Origin: Eremomyces bilateralis CBS 781.70
Lineage: Eukaryota
Length of the DNA stretch: 64,000 nt
Assembly: GCA_010015585.1 (NCBI GenBank)
Contig: ML975175.1
Strand: one strand, 5' to 3'
The position numbers and the translations under genes are program-made. The notes under the pieces were generated by a model. That model searched no databases, had not been told where the DNA came from, and saw nothing but the letters and a program-made list of their open reading frames with translations. Positions 12,703 through 24,956 of this stretch are shown here, one piece after another; the first letter of the stretch is position 1; every line of letters begins with the position of its first letter.

Positions 12703-14479
12703 CTATCCCTCCGCCTCCTCCTTCTCCTTTCCCTCCTTCTCACGCTCCCTCCGCCCTCGCGCCCCTGCCTTCAACACCTCCCACCGTTCCCGATACCTCC
12801 CGACGACCTCCAGCAGCTTCCGATTCTCCCTCCCCAACTTCTCCTTCGCCCTCTCCATCTCCGCCGCCTGCTCTCGCTCCCGTTTCAACTCCTCCTCCAA
12901 CTCCCGTACCCTGCGATTCGCCTCCTCATCCGGCTCCGGCTCCGGCTCCGCATCCCTCTCCACCCCCTCCTTCCTTCTCTCCACCTTTCCCTCCTTCTCC
13001 GCCCCCTCCCCCTTCCCCTTCGCCTGCTCCCTCTGCAACCGCAAACTCTGCGTCAACGCCCAACTCTGACTCTGACTCTGCGCCTCCCACATATGCAACC
13101 GCCGACTCAACTGATCCATCAACGTCCGCAACGCCTCGTTCTCTAACTCTAGCTCCTCCCGCGTCTTCCCCCCGCCTGTCATCGGCGTGCCCGCCCGCAG
13201 CAGCACCCGCTCGTCCCGCGCTACCTTCCCCGTTCGCCCGCCTAGCCCGGACGACTCTCGGCTTAGCGGCCGTCGGCGCGTCGCCCGCGGCGACTCCTGC
13301 GCGGGGTTCTCGGACGCGTCGACGAACTCATCGGATCCTTCGGAGATGGTGCTCGGGATGGCGCGGTCGACGTCGCGGTGTTCGCGCTCGCGCTCGCGCT
13401 CCCGGGCGAGCATGCTGGCGTAGGTAAGGGTGCCGCCGGAGGGGGGGACGACGTAGAAGGATTCGGCGGGGTTGAGGGCGGGGTTGTCATCTTTGAGGGC
13501 GCGGAGGGCGGCGCGGGAAAAGAGGGTGGTGATGTCCGGGTGGGGGTCGGAGGTGGGTGGTTGCGTGCGGGTGCGGTTCAAGGGGGTGGGTTTGGATTTA
13601 TCGGGAGCTTCCTGGGCGGTCTGCCCGGCGATAGTTGGGGTGAGGGGAAGGCCGGCAAAGGCGAGCGGCGCAGAGAGGCGGTTGAGTAGGTTCTCGAAGG
13701 TGTTGTAGAAGCGATTGAATGGCTCGTCAGGAACAGGTTGACCGGCTGACGCTGCATCTGACGCCTTCTCGTGCGACGAAGCGCTTCCATGTTCGTCCGT
13801 CGATGATTGCTGTCGCTGACGGCGATGCCTGAGATCTGGAGACACCCGTCGTTCCGGTGTCGGCACCATCTTCCCACCTGCATTATCACGGGTAACTTCG
13901 GGGGAAGCTGGTAAACCTCGACGTTGGGTCGGAGGTCTACCTCGTGCAGTAGCTAGATTTGTCGCGATGGAGGATGACAACTCTCTGTGTGGGTTTCTTC
14001 GAGACGTAGAAGTAGAAATAGGCTGTTGGCTCGACTGTACAAGTGCAGTTTCTTTGGAAGCGGACGCTGTGCTTGTCGGGGGTGTTTGCGCCTCCAAACC
14101 ATGAGTACCGTGATGATCCGGCGTTCCAGACGTACTCGCAGCGTGAGGGCCTGGGGACTTGATTATGCGCGAGAGAGTACGATGCTGATTCTCGAGAAGG
14201 GACAGGATTCGCAAAGCCTAGAATTTGCGGTTAGTACATGCGACGCTGCCAAACATGACATGACGTGGACGAGGTACCTCGCGATCTGTAGTCGCCTTCG
14301 CGGCGTTCGCAAACTCTCCGGCCGCCAGTTCATGTTCTTCCGATGCTACAGCAATGTTCGCCTTCGTGGTCTCTAAGGATGCATTCCGCGCGTGAACATG
14401 GGCCTGTCCATGGTGAGTTTGGAACTTTCGACGGGTGGTTAAGCAGGCGACCAACCAGATTTAGAGAGGCGCTCTCCAT
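12703..14479 (-). CDS. MIT-like N-terminal domain plus C-terminal coiled-coil protein, Atg38/NRBF2-like (3 exons)
   Basis: Spliced N-terminus MESASLNL|AHVHARNA...EEHELAAGEFANAAKATTDRE|ALRILSLLENQH (introns ~14404-14455 and ~14218-14277), disordered middle, ELELENEALR coiled coil. The gene is solid; orthology is inferred from architecture only. Confidence 0.65.
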
Positions 14480-15145
14480 GATAGCTCTTTGTCAGTTATG
14501 GCATGGATAGAACTCTCATATAGGCAAGTGTAGAATATGATACATTCAGCATCGATCTGTGGGGATGGATCATGAAGGTTGGTGGTTGAAACGGTGAATG
14601 AATGAAGTTTGCTAGTGGAATATTAGTTATTACAAATGCGAGAACTGAGAAGTGTCTCCAGCCGTCGTGATATTGTGTTACATATGTACCGTATTCTCGT
14701 ATTACATACCTGGAGCATCCAATTGATGCCTGGAAATAATATGCCCTGGCCGGAGTACGGTATCGCAATACAGGCGCCCAAGGCGATGGGCAGTCACGAG
14801 GGGACCTGGGGTTGAGTACGGCTATTGCCTGTGTTCTGCTATAATCGATAAGTGTGAGATCATCGCTGATTGCTGCCCTGGATTTGGTAAAGAGCTACAT
14901 AGAGTACCAATCCACCAAGATTCACTTCTTCTCTATTAATACCACCGCGACTATTACCACATGCAACTCCATCCGATAATATCACACCTGTCTTTATCGT
15001 GCACAGAGTGAATAGTTGCTTCGGTCTTGATCACATAGTGGTTTTCTCTGGTGCCTACTGTACCACACCATGCATCACCTGTATTGCAATCGTCTCTTCC
15101 TCCGATATATGAGCAACCTATGAAGTCTGAATTCCGGGTACTATC

Positions 15146-18100
15146 ATGTCCAGCACCTTTCCGGATCTCTCTACCCCTCTGGGCCATGCCACCTCCCCAA
15201 GTGGTCTTCCGTTACAAAAAGAGCGTCGAAGACTACGGCATCACGGAGATGGGTCATCTTCTGCATCAATCGCGTCCAGCGACGGTGGGCGGTTGGCTGT
15301 GGAAGAGCAATCCAGTCACAGGCTACGAGCATCCTTTGACGAGGCCCTAGACAAGCTCAAAGACCGGCGACGACGAAGCATAACCGCGGCACGACTACGG
15401 ATCAGACGAGAAGATTCGGTTGATCTTCAGTCGAACCAGTATACGGGGCGGTATACCGGGCTAGAGAAGGAGCATGAAGACAAAGAACCACTGCGTCGGT
15501 TGCTAGACGGACATCAGAACATGTCCTCGTCGGTGGGGCTGGAGAGGAGGAGTAGCATCGCCAGCGATATGGTGACTGAGGAGTCGGATCAAGACGAGTA
15601 AGTTTGATTTTGAATCGTGTCTATTCATCTTTCTACTTCCTGCTTCCTTCTCTCTTGTTCGTGATCCGTCGTCAAGCCTGCATCATTGCTTGTGGATGTT
15701 GGACCGGTGGGCGGTGGTGGTGATGGAGCGGGGGCCAGGGCATACGTCAACTATAAGCTAGGCCCCCCGCAGGCTCTCCACCAGCCACCAAGCTCACCAC
15801 TAGACTCTCCCCTCCCTCCCGCTCTTCCCCGCTATTTTTCTTGCTTGGCTTGGGAGTTTGGACCTTTTCCTGCCACTGCTGTTCACCTCGCTGGGGACTC
15901 AAATCACAGCCACTTCCTGTGGATCCTCAATGATGCCTCGTACCTGCGGGCCCCCTTGGAGTAGAGACGGCGGCTCCGACAGGCCGACACCTTACCCAGC
16001 CTCTTTGGTTCCTTGGTGCTGGGCTCTGGACTCTGGCGCTCGGTGCACCAGCACAGTTGGCGACTGTCGACCAGGTGCCTGCGCCGTGCCACTGTTAGAG
16101 AATTCGGTGGACATTGGAAAGCTTCACAGCTTGGACCATCATCGACTAAACCTCAATTACGTCGCCCCCAATTCACCTCTTATTCATCTCCTCCACCGCC
16201 TTGTTTTCTATATCCTATGATATTATCTCGGCACCAGCACTTCATGAATTGATAATCATATCGCCTCTATTCCTTATATTTTCACCTGCTGCCGCGCTGC
16301 AAATCCCTGCCTTTTGTTCCGAGGAAGGGCTCATCCATGAAGCTTTGTCCCCGACCTATACCTTAGCACGTTTGCCTGTCATACACGAGTGGTGTCTCCA
16401 TGTTTCCATCGGATATCTCATCATTAACTGTTTCTTGACCATAGATGTCCAAATCGGCCGTCCCTCTCCCCACATGAATCTCACTCAGCATTGCTGACCC
16501 TCTCGTCACCGCTCGTTACCGCTGACGCAATTACTATCCCTATTGATTCCGTAAAACACTCCGACCCCGCAACATCCAACAATCTGGCGACTACAACCAC
16601 CGATTCTCTCGAAGCTCCCTCCCCAAAACGACAACGCAGTCCTTCCCCTGTGGACAAGTTAAAGGGCGCCTTTATACCAGGCAAGCGACCGTCAACCCCG
16701 AAACCAGGCAGCGACTCCGACTCCTCAAAGCGAGGAACTCCTAGTACTGGGGGAGGAGGTGGGTTCGGCGCAATCATCGGTAGTAGGAAGGGGACCTTCG
16801 GTCGAAAGGGATTCACTTCGGAGAGCGTTCCGTCCTTGGAGAGGCCGGGCTCTGCACCTTCAGGTTCCCGGGCTAAGGTCGCAACCACACCCTCGAAGCT
16901 CGATACCAGTATCCCCAATACACCGACTATCAGCATTGTCGCAGCTTCTCCGACCACTTTCGTCACTCCGCCGACACCGACCGATCCTGCTCGAAAATCC
17001 TCCGAGCCAGAAGAACCCTCCCCACCTTCGTCCCGATCATCCGATTCCAAAACCGACTCTCCGGTGTCCGCCACACGTCGCCGTGGGATATCAACATCCG
17101 CTGTTCCACCCAAGCTCCCCAATAATGCCGTCTCTGCCCCGTTGACGCCCCATCTGGAAGAGGTCAAAACTCCGGGAGGCAGTTTCATCACCCCAGCGGC
17201 AGCCGGCGGTTTCTTCTCCTCAGTCTTCTCCGCCGCACAGACCGCGGCCACTTCCATCACTAATACCATAACAAACACGAGCATTGTTCCCGGGTCGAAA
17301 AAATTACCCACTGCGCCCCCTGAGTCAAACACTGGACAGTCGGGTGGTGAGGAGGTTATACTTAGCGTTCCCGTAAACGAGCGCCGAACGGAGAGCATCG
17401 GAGAAAGGAAACAATTAGCCGTCGAGACACTCGGCTCGGGGAATTTAAGCCTCAGTCACCTCGGCATATCCGAATCCACTCCCGAGCTTGGATCTTCGAG
17501 CCCCCAGGTCGGAACTGCAAAGTCGTCAACGACACTGATGAATTCCCTAGTTCGTGAGGATGAGGCGAATGCCAAAGCTGAGGATAGCGCAGCAGCAAGG
17601 GCGATATCAGCGGCATATAATGACAAATCCAGCGGGGAGAATCTGGGCACCGATTCAATCAAACCCCCAGCCGAGCGATCCCGTGCTGGCACTAGTTTGT
17701 CCGAGGATACGACCCCTTCGATGAGGTCGCAAAACTTCGACGTCGATGGCGCCAGCCCAAACGGGCACCGCCGGACTGGAAGTATCCGGAGTCGCGTCAG
17801 CGGTCGACACCGAAGGCACCGGGCCAGCTCGGCCACCACCGGTGGGACGATTGCGGCAGCAATAGGGGCGAGCACAACGGGTCTCGTCAACCCATTAGGC
17901 CAAACAGGTCCGCGCCTCACTGGTTTCGCCGTTGCAAATCCGAAGCGAAACCGCGACTTTCATCAACTTTTCCGGAGCGTGCCCGAGGATGACTACTTGA
18001 TTGAGGATTACAGCGCGGCTCTTCAGCGCGAAATCCTGCTGCAAGGACGGTTGTATATTTCGGAAGGGCATATCTGCTTTTCTTCCAATATTCTGGGTTG

Positions 18101-19971
18101 GGTCACTAACTTGGTCATCTCCTATGACGAGGTGGTCTCGATTGAGAAGAAGTCTACCGCCGTCATTTTCCCCAATGCCATTGTGATTCAAACCCTGCAT
18201 GCGCGCAACGTTTTCGCAAGCTTGGTCAGCCGAGACACCACATACGACTTGATCATCAACATCTGGAAAATCAGCCACCCGAATCTGAAAAGCTCTCTCA
18301 ATGGCGTCACGTTGGGTACCGGAACCGGAGACAAGACCGAAAAGGCGGATTCCATGCTTTCCGACGAAGAATCCATCTCCTGTAGTGACGACGGTTCCGG
18401 CGACGAGAACGAGGAATTCTACGATGAAGATGCGGATGATGGTTCCGACGGTTTCAGCGGTGAAGGGAACATGACCACAATTGAACGGTCATTTACTGCA
18501 CCTTCCCTAGCTCCAAGCGACACTGGGACGACCATGACCGGGCTCGATACTCTTACCGTGAAGAGTGACACGACCGTAATTCGCAAGGGTTCTGGCGGGG
18601 TAGCCAGCGAATCCACCCAGGAACGGACTACAAAGATGGGTGCAGGCGGCGAAGCATTGTCCACCACATCCGGCGCTGGTGCAGGTGGTCCGGACAGTCC
18701 CGGGCCTCTAACACACGCACCGACAGATTGCGGCGATGCAGATCAGCACTACGACAAGCTACTCATCGACACGGTCATTGCAGCTCCGCTTGGGAAGATC
18801 TACAATCTGCTCTTCGGTCCAGGCGCAAGTACATTCATGCGACGTTGGCTATCCGAAGACCAAAAATGCACCGAGGTGACAATGGAGGATGACAAGAGAG
18901 GGTTGGGGGAGGAGCAGCGGTCGAATGGCTACAGCTATATCAAGCCGCTCAACGCAAGCATTGGTCCGAGGCAGACAAAGTGTGTGATTTCGCAGCACCT
19001 GGAGCAGTTCGAGCTCGACAGGGCAGTCTCGGTGCTCTGCTCGACACAAAATCCAGACGTACCGAGTGGGAACGTATTCGTGGTGAAAACGAGGTATTGT
19101 CTCATGTGGGGACCAGGTGGAGGGACGAGGATGGTGATGAACTTTACGGTGGAATGGAGCGGGAAGAGCTGGTTGAAAGGTATGTGGCGCTACAGCCCGT
19201 CGCACACGTTCGTGCACGTTTGCTCACTCGAACACAGGGCCCATCGAGAAAAACGCCCACGATGGCCAAGTCACGTACGCCAAAGAACTCGCCACCGCCC
19301 TCCGCCTCGCCGTCGCTGCCCCATCCAGAGTCCTCAAACCCTCCAAACCCGGCGCCAAACCCCGCCGGAGACGCAAGGACGCTCCCGCCGAGGAACGCAT
19401 CACCCCGACGCCCACTCGCGAGGAGAAACGGCACAAGGGCTGGACCGTCGTCGAGGCGCTTCGTAGCACGGTCGTGCCACTCATCGACATCGTCAGCATG
19501 CTCGGCATGCCCGGGGTGCTGACGACCCTTGTCGTCCTCATCTTATGGCTCTGGCTCCGCGTCACCCGCCTCCAAGACAGCGTCGCCGTCGCCCCTCTCA
19601 ACATGGTCGGCGGGGTGCGAGGGCCGCACAGCATCCCTGGCCCAGCGCGCCTCGCGGCGTACGAGCAACTATGGGAGCAAGAGGAGAACGAGTTGTGGAA
19701 GTGGCTAGAGGATCGAGTCGGGGCGGCGGAGATGGCAGACGTGGCGGCGAAGGAGCGGATGCCGGGAATGACGCGGCAGAAGAAGGAGCAGCAGGAGCGG
19801 GCGATGCGGGACCGGGTGGAGGGGGCGGTGGGAAAAGGGATGGATGAGCGACGGATGGACGAGGCGATTCGGGTGACGAAGGAACGGTTGGAGGCGTTGG
19901 AGGGGGCGGTGCGGAGGCGGAAGCACGAGGAGAAGGAGGGCATGAGCGAAGGTTCGACGAGCAAAAGATAG
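15146..19971 (+). CDS. GRAM(PH-like)-VASt/StARkin membrane-contact sterol transfer protein (LAM/Ysp2 family); exons 15146-15597, 16445-19179, 19238-19971
   Basis: GFAVANPKRNRDFHQLFRSVPEDDYLIEDYSAALQREILLQGRLYISEGHICFSSNILGW (GRAM); YIKPLNASIGPRQTKC...TQNPDVPSGNVFVVKTRYCL (VASt); C-terminal TM segment and coiled coil. Splice phases join in frame. Confidence 0.9.
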
Positions 19972-21142
19972 CTGGATGTTGGGAACTTTTTTTGGCGATG
20001 GCGTTGATATCGAATGAATTGCTGCATGACGGAGCGCGGGAATGGTCATCACGAGCGGCGTCTGGTTCGGCGAGCCCGCCATCGCCATTGTATCTACCTT
20101 GGTCTCTTAGACATGGTATGAAAGCAGGGGATGATCCCCATGATTTTCTTATATCATATAATTTACAGGTCAGTCGCCTCATTAAGCTGTGCTGCTTGGG
20201 GTGTGAGTAACTGGAGAACTGCCTCGTCACATGTGTGTTAGAGACGTTCTTAGCTGTCCTATATAGCGACCTCGGCCACGCCCTCTCTCCAACTTCAATC
20301 CAGATGCTCGTATTCCATTCTCTCGTCTCCATCAGCCCTTTGGAATTCCCCAACCGTCCACTAACATTAAGAGGCCATCTTCTAGCATCAGTAAAGGAGG
20401 ATTGGAAATATGTTTCAGCCCTGCGTGAAGCACCCCTACCACCGCCAGGATTGTCTGGAACGTTGGGGATGGTGAGCCAAATTCACAAGGCGGTTGGGAG
20501 TCACGGTCCGAGTCAAGCACGGAATATGGTACAGAGTACATACAGAGTGTCCCGTTTCTTCTTTATAGTACTCATGTTCCTTATCTACGGTAATGGCGCA
20601 GCAGTATTCCGCGCATTTTTCTTCAGAGTCTGATCTTTGTTTGGTAAGAGCAAAATGTCTTGGTTGCATCCCGGAGTTACTATCTATCAGTCTGCTCGAC
20701 TCAGAACACGGCAGACCCCAAGCAGTCCGATGAATTTCCAAGATGGCTAAAGTCGTAAATGTCAAGAACAGCGGATGAGCGTGCTGCAATTTTTGGTTCT
20801 TTTTGTCCAGTTGGTACTTCGTGACTGTTCCTTGGAACGGTTCCTGTTCCCGTCCGAGTTTGGACTGAGGTCCCCAATGGTATTGCGGAATTTCTCGACA
20901 TTATAACGGTTAATGTGGTCCATTTGATTACTTTCACACATAAAAGGTCGTCATCTTCACCGTCGTCTTCGTCTTCAACCACCACTCTTATCACGCGCAG
21001 AACATTGATTCTGCTCTCTGAACCTAAGGTTGAACACTTCCTCACAAATAGATAACACACTAATCGGAGAACACTCCTTCAGTAAGGTTCCTTCGGCTTG
21101 TCCTCAGAAACTCAACCGACTAATATATTTGCAGTCTCCAAA

Positions 21143-21892
21143 ATGGTCAAACTATGTCACCCCCTCTCTGCCCTCGTGGCTTTGGAGGCTATGGCTGCAC
21201 CACTCCACCTCAAAGAGAGTCACAAGCGTCATAGTCATTCTGAAGGCGCACTGCTTGGTATCAGAGAGAATAGGGTTGAGGATACCATCCCCACAATACT
21301 AGGGCTCCTTGAAATGGACACTATCAATGCCACAGGTCCATGGTACCCCTTCCTCAACAAGATCTCATCCTGCCACCACCAAGATGGAAAGCTTTACTGT
21401 TTGCTCAATGGCCGTGGAAGTCTCTGCTCTGAGGACCGCAAACAAGAGACCACGGCGGTGAGCAGTCATAGCAAAATTCAAAGGCACCCACTCGACCAGT
21501 TGACCAAACTTCGCGACTGGGAGTGCGGCCATAACGAAATCAATCACTACAAGAAGAGATATTTAGAGTATGAGACTGCCAGGGCGAAACTCATGGCTGA
21601 GAAGGGGTACAACCTTCAAGCCAAAGGGGGCAAGGTCAAGGACCTGGAGAGGGAGCTTGGGCTTGATTGGCAGACCCAACGCATTCGGCAGCAAATGCTC
21701 GACCCTATAATCCGCGCGAAGAAAAAGGAACGGGTGCAGCTCAAGAAGGATCGGAAGCGGGAACGGAAGAAGTGGGCGAAATGGTGGAAGAAAGAGCAAA
21801 GGTCCCGGGCACACGGCAACGACAAGCGCGCAGAACCCGATATCCCGCGGGTCTCCCGTGATGACTCGATTCCTGATTCTCCGGAGTCTTGA
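21143..21892 (+). CDS. Hypothetical protein, possibly secreted, with a Lys/Arg-rich C-terminus
   Basis: 249-aa single ORF; weak signal-like N-terminus then a KR site; no recognised domain. Confidence 0.45.
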   Translation: MVKLCHPLSALVALEAMAAPLHLKESHKRHSHSEGALLGIRENRVEDTIPTILGLLEMDTINATGPWYPFLNKISSCHHQDGKLYCLLNGRGSLCSEDRKQETTAVSSHSKIQRHPLDQLTKLRDWECGHNEINHYKKRYLEYETARAKLMAEKGYNLQAKGGKVKDLERELGLDWQTQRIRQQMLDPIIRAKKKERVQLKKDRKRERKKWAKWWKKEQRSRAHGNDKRAEPDIPRVSRDDSIPDSPES

Positions 21893-22272
21893 ATATATGC
21901 TCTCTTTCGCGATGACCCCACACTAGAACCAGTGACGCATCACCATCATGGCTGACGCAGGTGGGAAACTCCCAAAGACGTTTGGAGGAAGTTTTCGACC
22001 GGATCATACACCCCCTCCGATGGCGAGGATTCCGATACCCTCGACCGCCGTGGCCTCGCCGCCTGAACGCCACTCCCATCCATTCACTCTACATCGAAAT
22101 GCGAAGACGACCGCGGCAAGTACTACTGGCCCTACTGCTCCATGTATTGGAACTGGATAGATGCGGATCAACTTCGAAAGCAACTGGTCTTGATTGCAGT
22201 TTGTTCCTAATCTTCTCCATAGGAACGATAGTTTAGTTGATTAATCAACACCACAGTTCAATACACACTTGT

Positions 22273-23145
22273 CTATATGCATTGCCCTGCCACATCCACC
22301 GACTTGATGCTCACAAGTGGTTTCAGCTTTCCTTCTCCACAAAGCACCGCTTTCACAAACGTCTTTGCCACAAATTCCGCACCCTTGGCATTGGTATGTG
22401 TGTGATCCACCGGGAACATTGCCTTCGTAGCAGAGGCGCCCGCGGCCTTGTACGATTGCGCTGCATACGCAAAATGATCGATATACTCGGCTCCCGGGAC
22501 TTGCGCGGCGGCCTTCTTCGCCAATTCGACAAAACGGGGCGGACCGGCCGAGAACTTGTTGGTCTCCCAGGGGTTGTTCGGTGTTTGGGAGGATATAATC
22601 ACCGTAGCTCCCAGCGATGTGAACTTCTTGCCTGCCGTAGAGATATACTATGCCCTCTCAGCATCATGGTCTTCAGCGTAATAAAGCGACTTACATATGG
22701 GAACGTCCGCACGGTTACTTTCTTCCCATTAAACGTGCTCTGGCAGACTTCGTTGCCTTCTCCAGGACAACCGGACCGGCCATTATCGTTCTTCAGGCTC
22801 CCTCCATCATTGTGACCGAATTCTATTACGACAATATCACCAGGCTTTACAACCTTGGCAATCTCGTCGAACCGTCCTTCAACTGTGTAACTGCGTGCGG
22901 AGCGACCGCCAATCGCTTTGTTGACGACGGGGACTGAGACGTAGTTCTTCAGATATTCGCCCCATCCTTTCGCTTGATTAGCCTCGGCAGGATCGGGAAG
23001 GTAATATGTTGCTATTAGTTGTACCTTGTTTCTTTGGGGGATTTGAATCTTTCGCCATCGTCGAGTCCCCCGCAAGGTAGATAGTGACTGCAGCCGCATG
23101 CTGCAACAGCCAAATCACGGCGACGACAAAGGTCAAGGAGCGCAT
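22273..23145 (-). CDS. Rhamnogalacturonan acetylesterase (CE12, SGNH hydrolase), 3 exons
   Basis: Signal peptide MRSLTFVVAVIWLLQHAAA, then IYLAGDSTMA, GWGEYL, NKAIGGRSARSY, EFGHNDGG and DHTHT catalytic blocks. Confidence 0.92.
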
Positions 23146-24164
23146 CTTCGGTTCCTACGAATGATACGGATCGCTAAGATGCGGGGGAGAATATACTAAC
23201 GGATGACTCTAGTAGATGGGCAACAGACATGACCTGGCCTATATAGGAATACTCCAGCTGAGAGGCCTCAGCAAATAGGCAGTTTATGTCCAGAGGTATG
23301 CGCTCATGACTATAGGCAAATGACTTGAGCAAATATGACACGGAGAAGAGACGGAGGGAACCATATATTTAGCCGGTATAGAACTTTAATATGTAACGAG
23401 ATAATTCCATCCATAGCCAGGCTAGTAACTTGATGATTTGAACGATTAAGACGATAGATTTACTTCAGCGATAGTTAGTTATAAACGATGCGATAAAGTA
23501 TACTACCGTATCACGAATACTCTGCTGCAGCCGATCCATTTGTTCTCCTCGTGTTCAACCATTTGGAACATTATTCATCGAAGATCATTCTAGAAAAGAG
23601 ATCTGGTGTCCGGGCGATGTGTTCATTGAAGATCGATGCAGGTAAAGCATAGAAGAGGCTGGAGTGCGGGAGAACCCCTTGTCTCTCTCTCAATCCTATA
23701 CAGATTTACCCCTGACTAGTCACATCTATATTGATTAACTTCTAATATTACACTCCTTCATGTTGCCGCTCCAATGTGATTTCAATCTCTGTCAAAGTTT
23801 CCTTTCAATTTAATTTCGGGGCTTGACTGGTGACCTGACGCAACCAGTTGCCTTCGGTCCAGATGAACTATCATCAAACGATAGGATATTGTGGAAGGTT
23901 GTCCGGGAAATACAGTGGTCAATATGCGAACAATCGCTTGGCCAAATTTCTATCGCCTGCTGACTGGCGAACGCATGGAGATTTGAGGGTTTAGGAGAAC
24001 GCCCTCCAAACTCATTCTAATTTTATACTTTGACATCCATCCAGACGAAGAAGAGTTGGACGGCCCATAAGATGGATGGAATCTTTTCCGAGTTTGCATT
24101 ATCTCTTCACGCCTGTCTTTCATTCCTGAATCATCTTACTCTGCAATACTTCGTCAACCCGATC

Positions 24165-24849
24165 ATGGCCGTCCTTCACTCATTCCGAACCCTGATCACC
24201 GCCGTGTGCTTTGCATCACTGGCGGTCTCCCAGAACCAGAGTCAACCCGAATATCAAGTGCGCGGCATAACATTTGGCGGGAGCGGCTGTCCTCAAGGGT
24301 CAAACCTCTCGATCCCGGGACTCAAATCGACGTACTTCGACGACGCCTTCGAGGCGAAGTTTGGAGGGGATGAACGCGTTACCGATCAGCGAAAGAACTG
24401 CCAAATGAACATAGCCATCTCATACCCGCTGGGATGGCAGTTTAACCCGCCTTCCACAACTACTCTCGGCTACGGGGACCTTGTTGCAGGAGTGAATGGA
24501 CTGGTGAGATCGACGTATTATTTCTCTGGATCATCGGACCAGGTAAGGAGTGGCCGCAGTAATCCATCCCCTCGCCAACGCATTCTGATTTCCCTCCTAG
24601 ACTACGACCGACCTCGAATTGACAGGACCAGTTGCTGGGTACTTCAGCAAAACGGAATCCTCGCCCGTTGATTTGTGGTCGCCATGCGGAAGTGAAGGAA
24701 TGCTCAATATCAATCTCCAGGCACGCATCACGGGCGGTAGGACGAACGAGACGAGTCGCATTCGAGTCGATACTTTGATATTCAATGGTCCAGGTAACAA
24801 GCCGGGTCTCAAATGGAGGCGATGTCAGGGAGGGAGGGTATCACTGTGA
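24165..24849 (+). CDS. Secreted DUF4360-like protein (intron 24543-24600)
   Basis: Signal peptide; GITFGGSGCPQGS, RKNCQMNIAISYPLGWQF, STYYFSG, WSPCG..GMLNIN and WRRC motifs typical of DUF4360. Confidence 0.8.
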
Positions 24850-24956
24850 TCCACTTGCGGAAGAAATGTTATCTGACGATCAATGTTCGCGATGGTGTTT
24901 TTGGCGTGAGGTAGATCCCTCTGCAAATGGACAGTATTATCCTGTTATCCCTGCTA

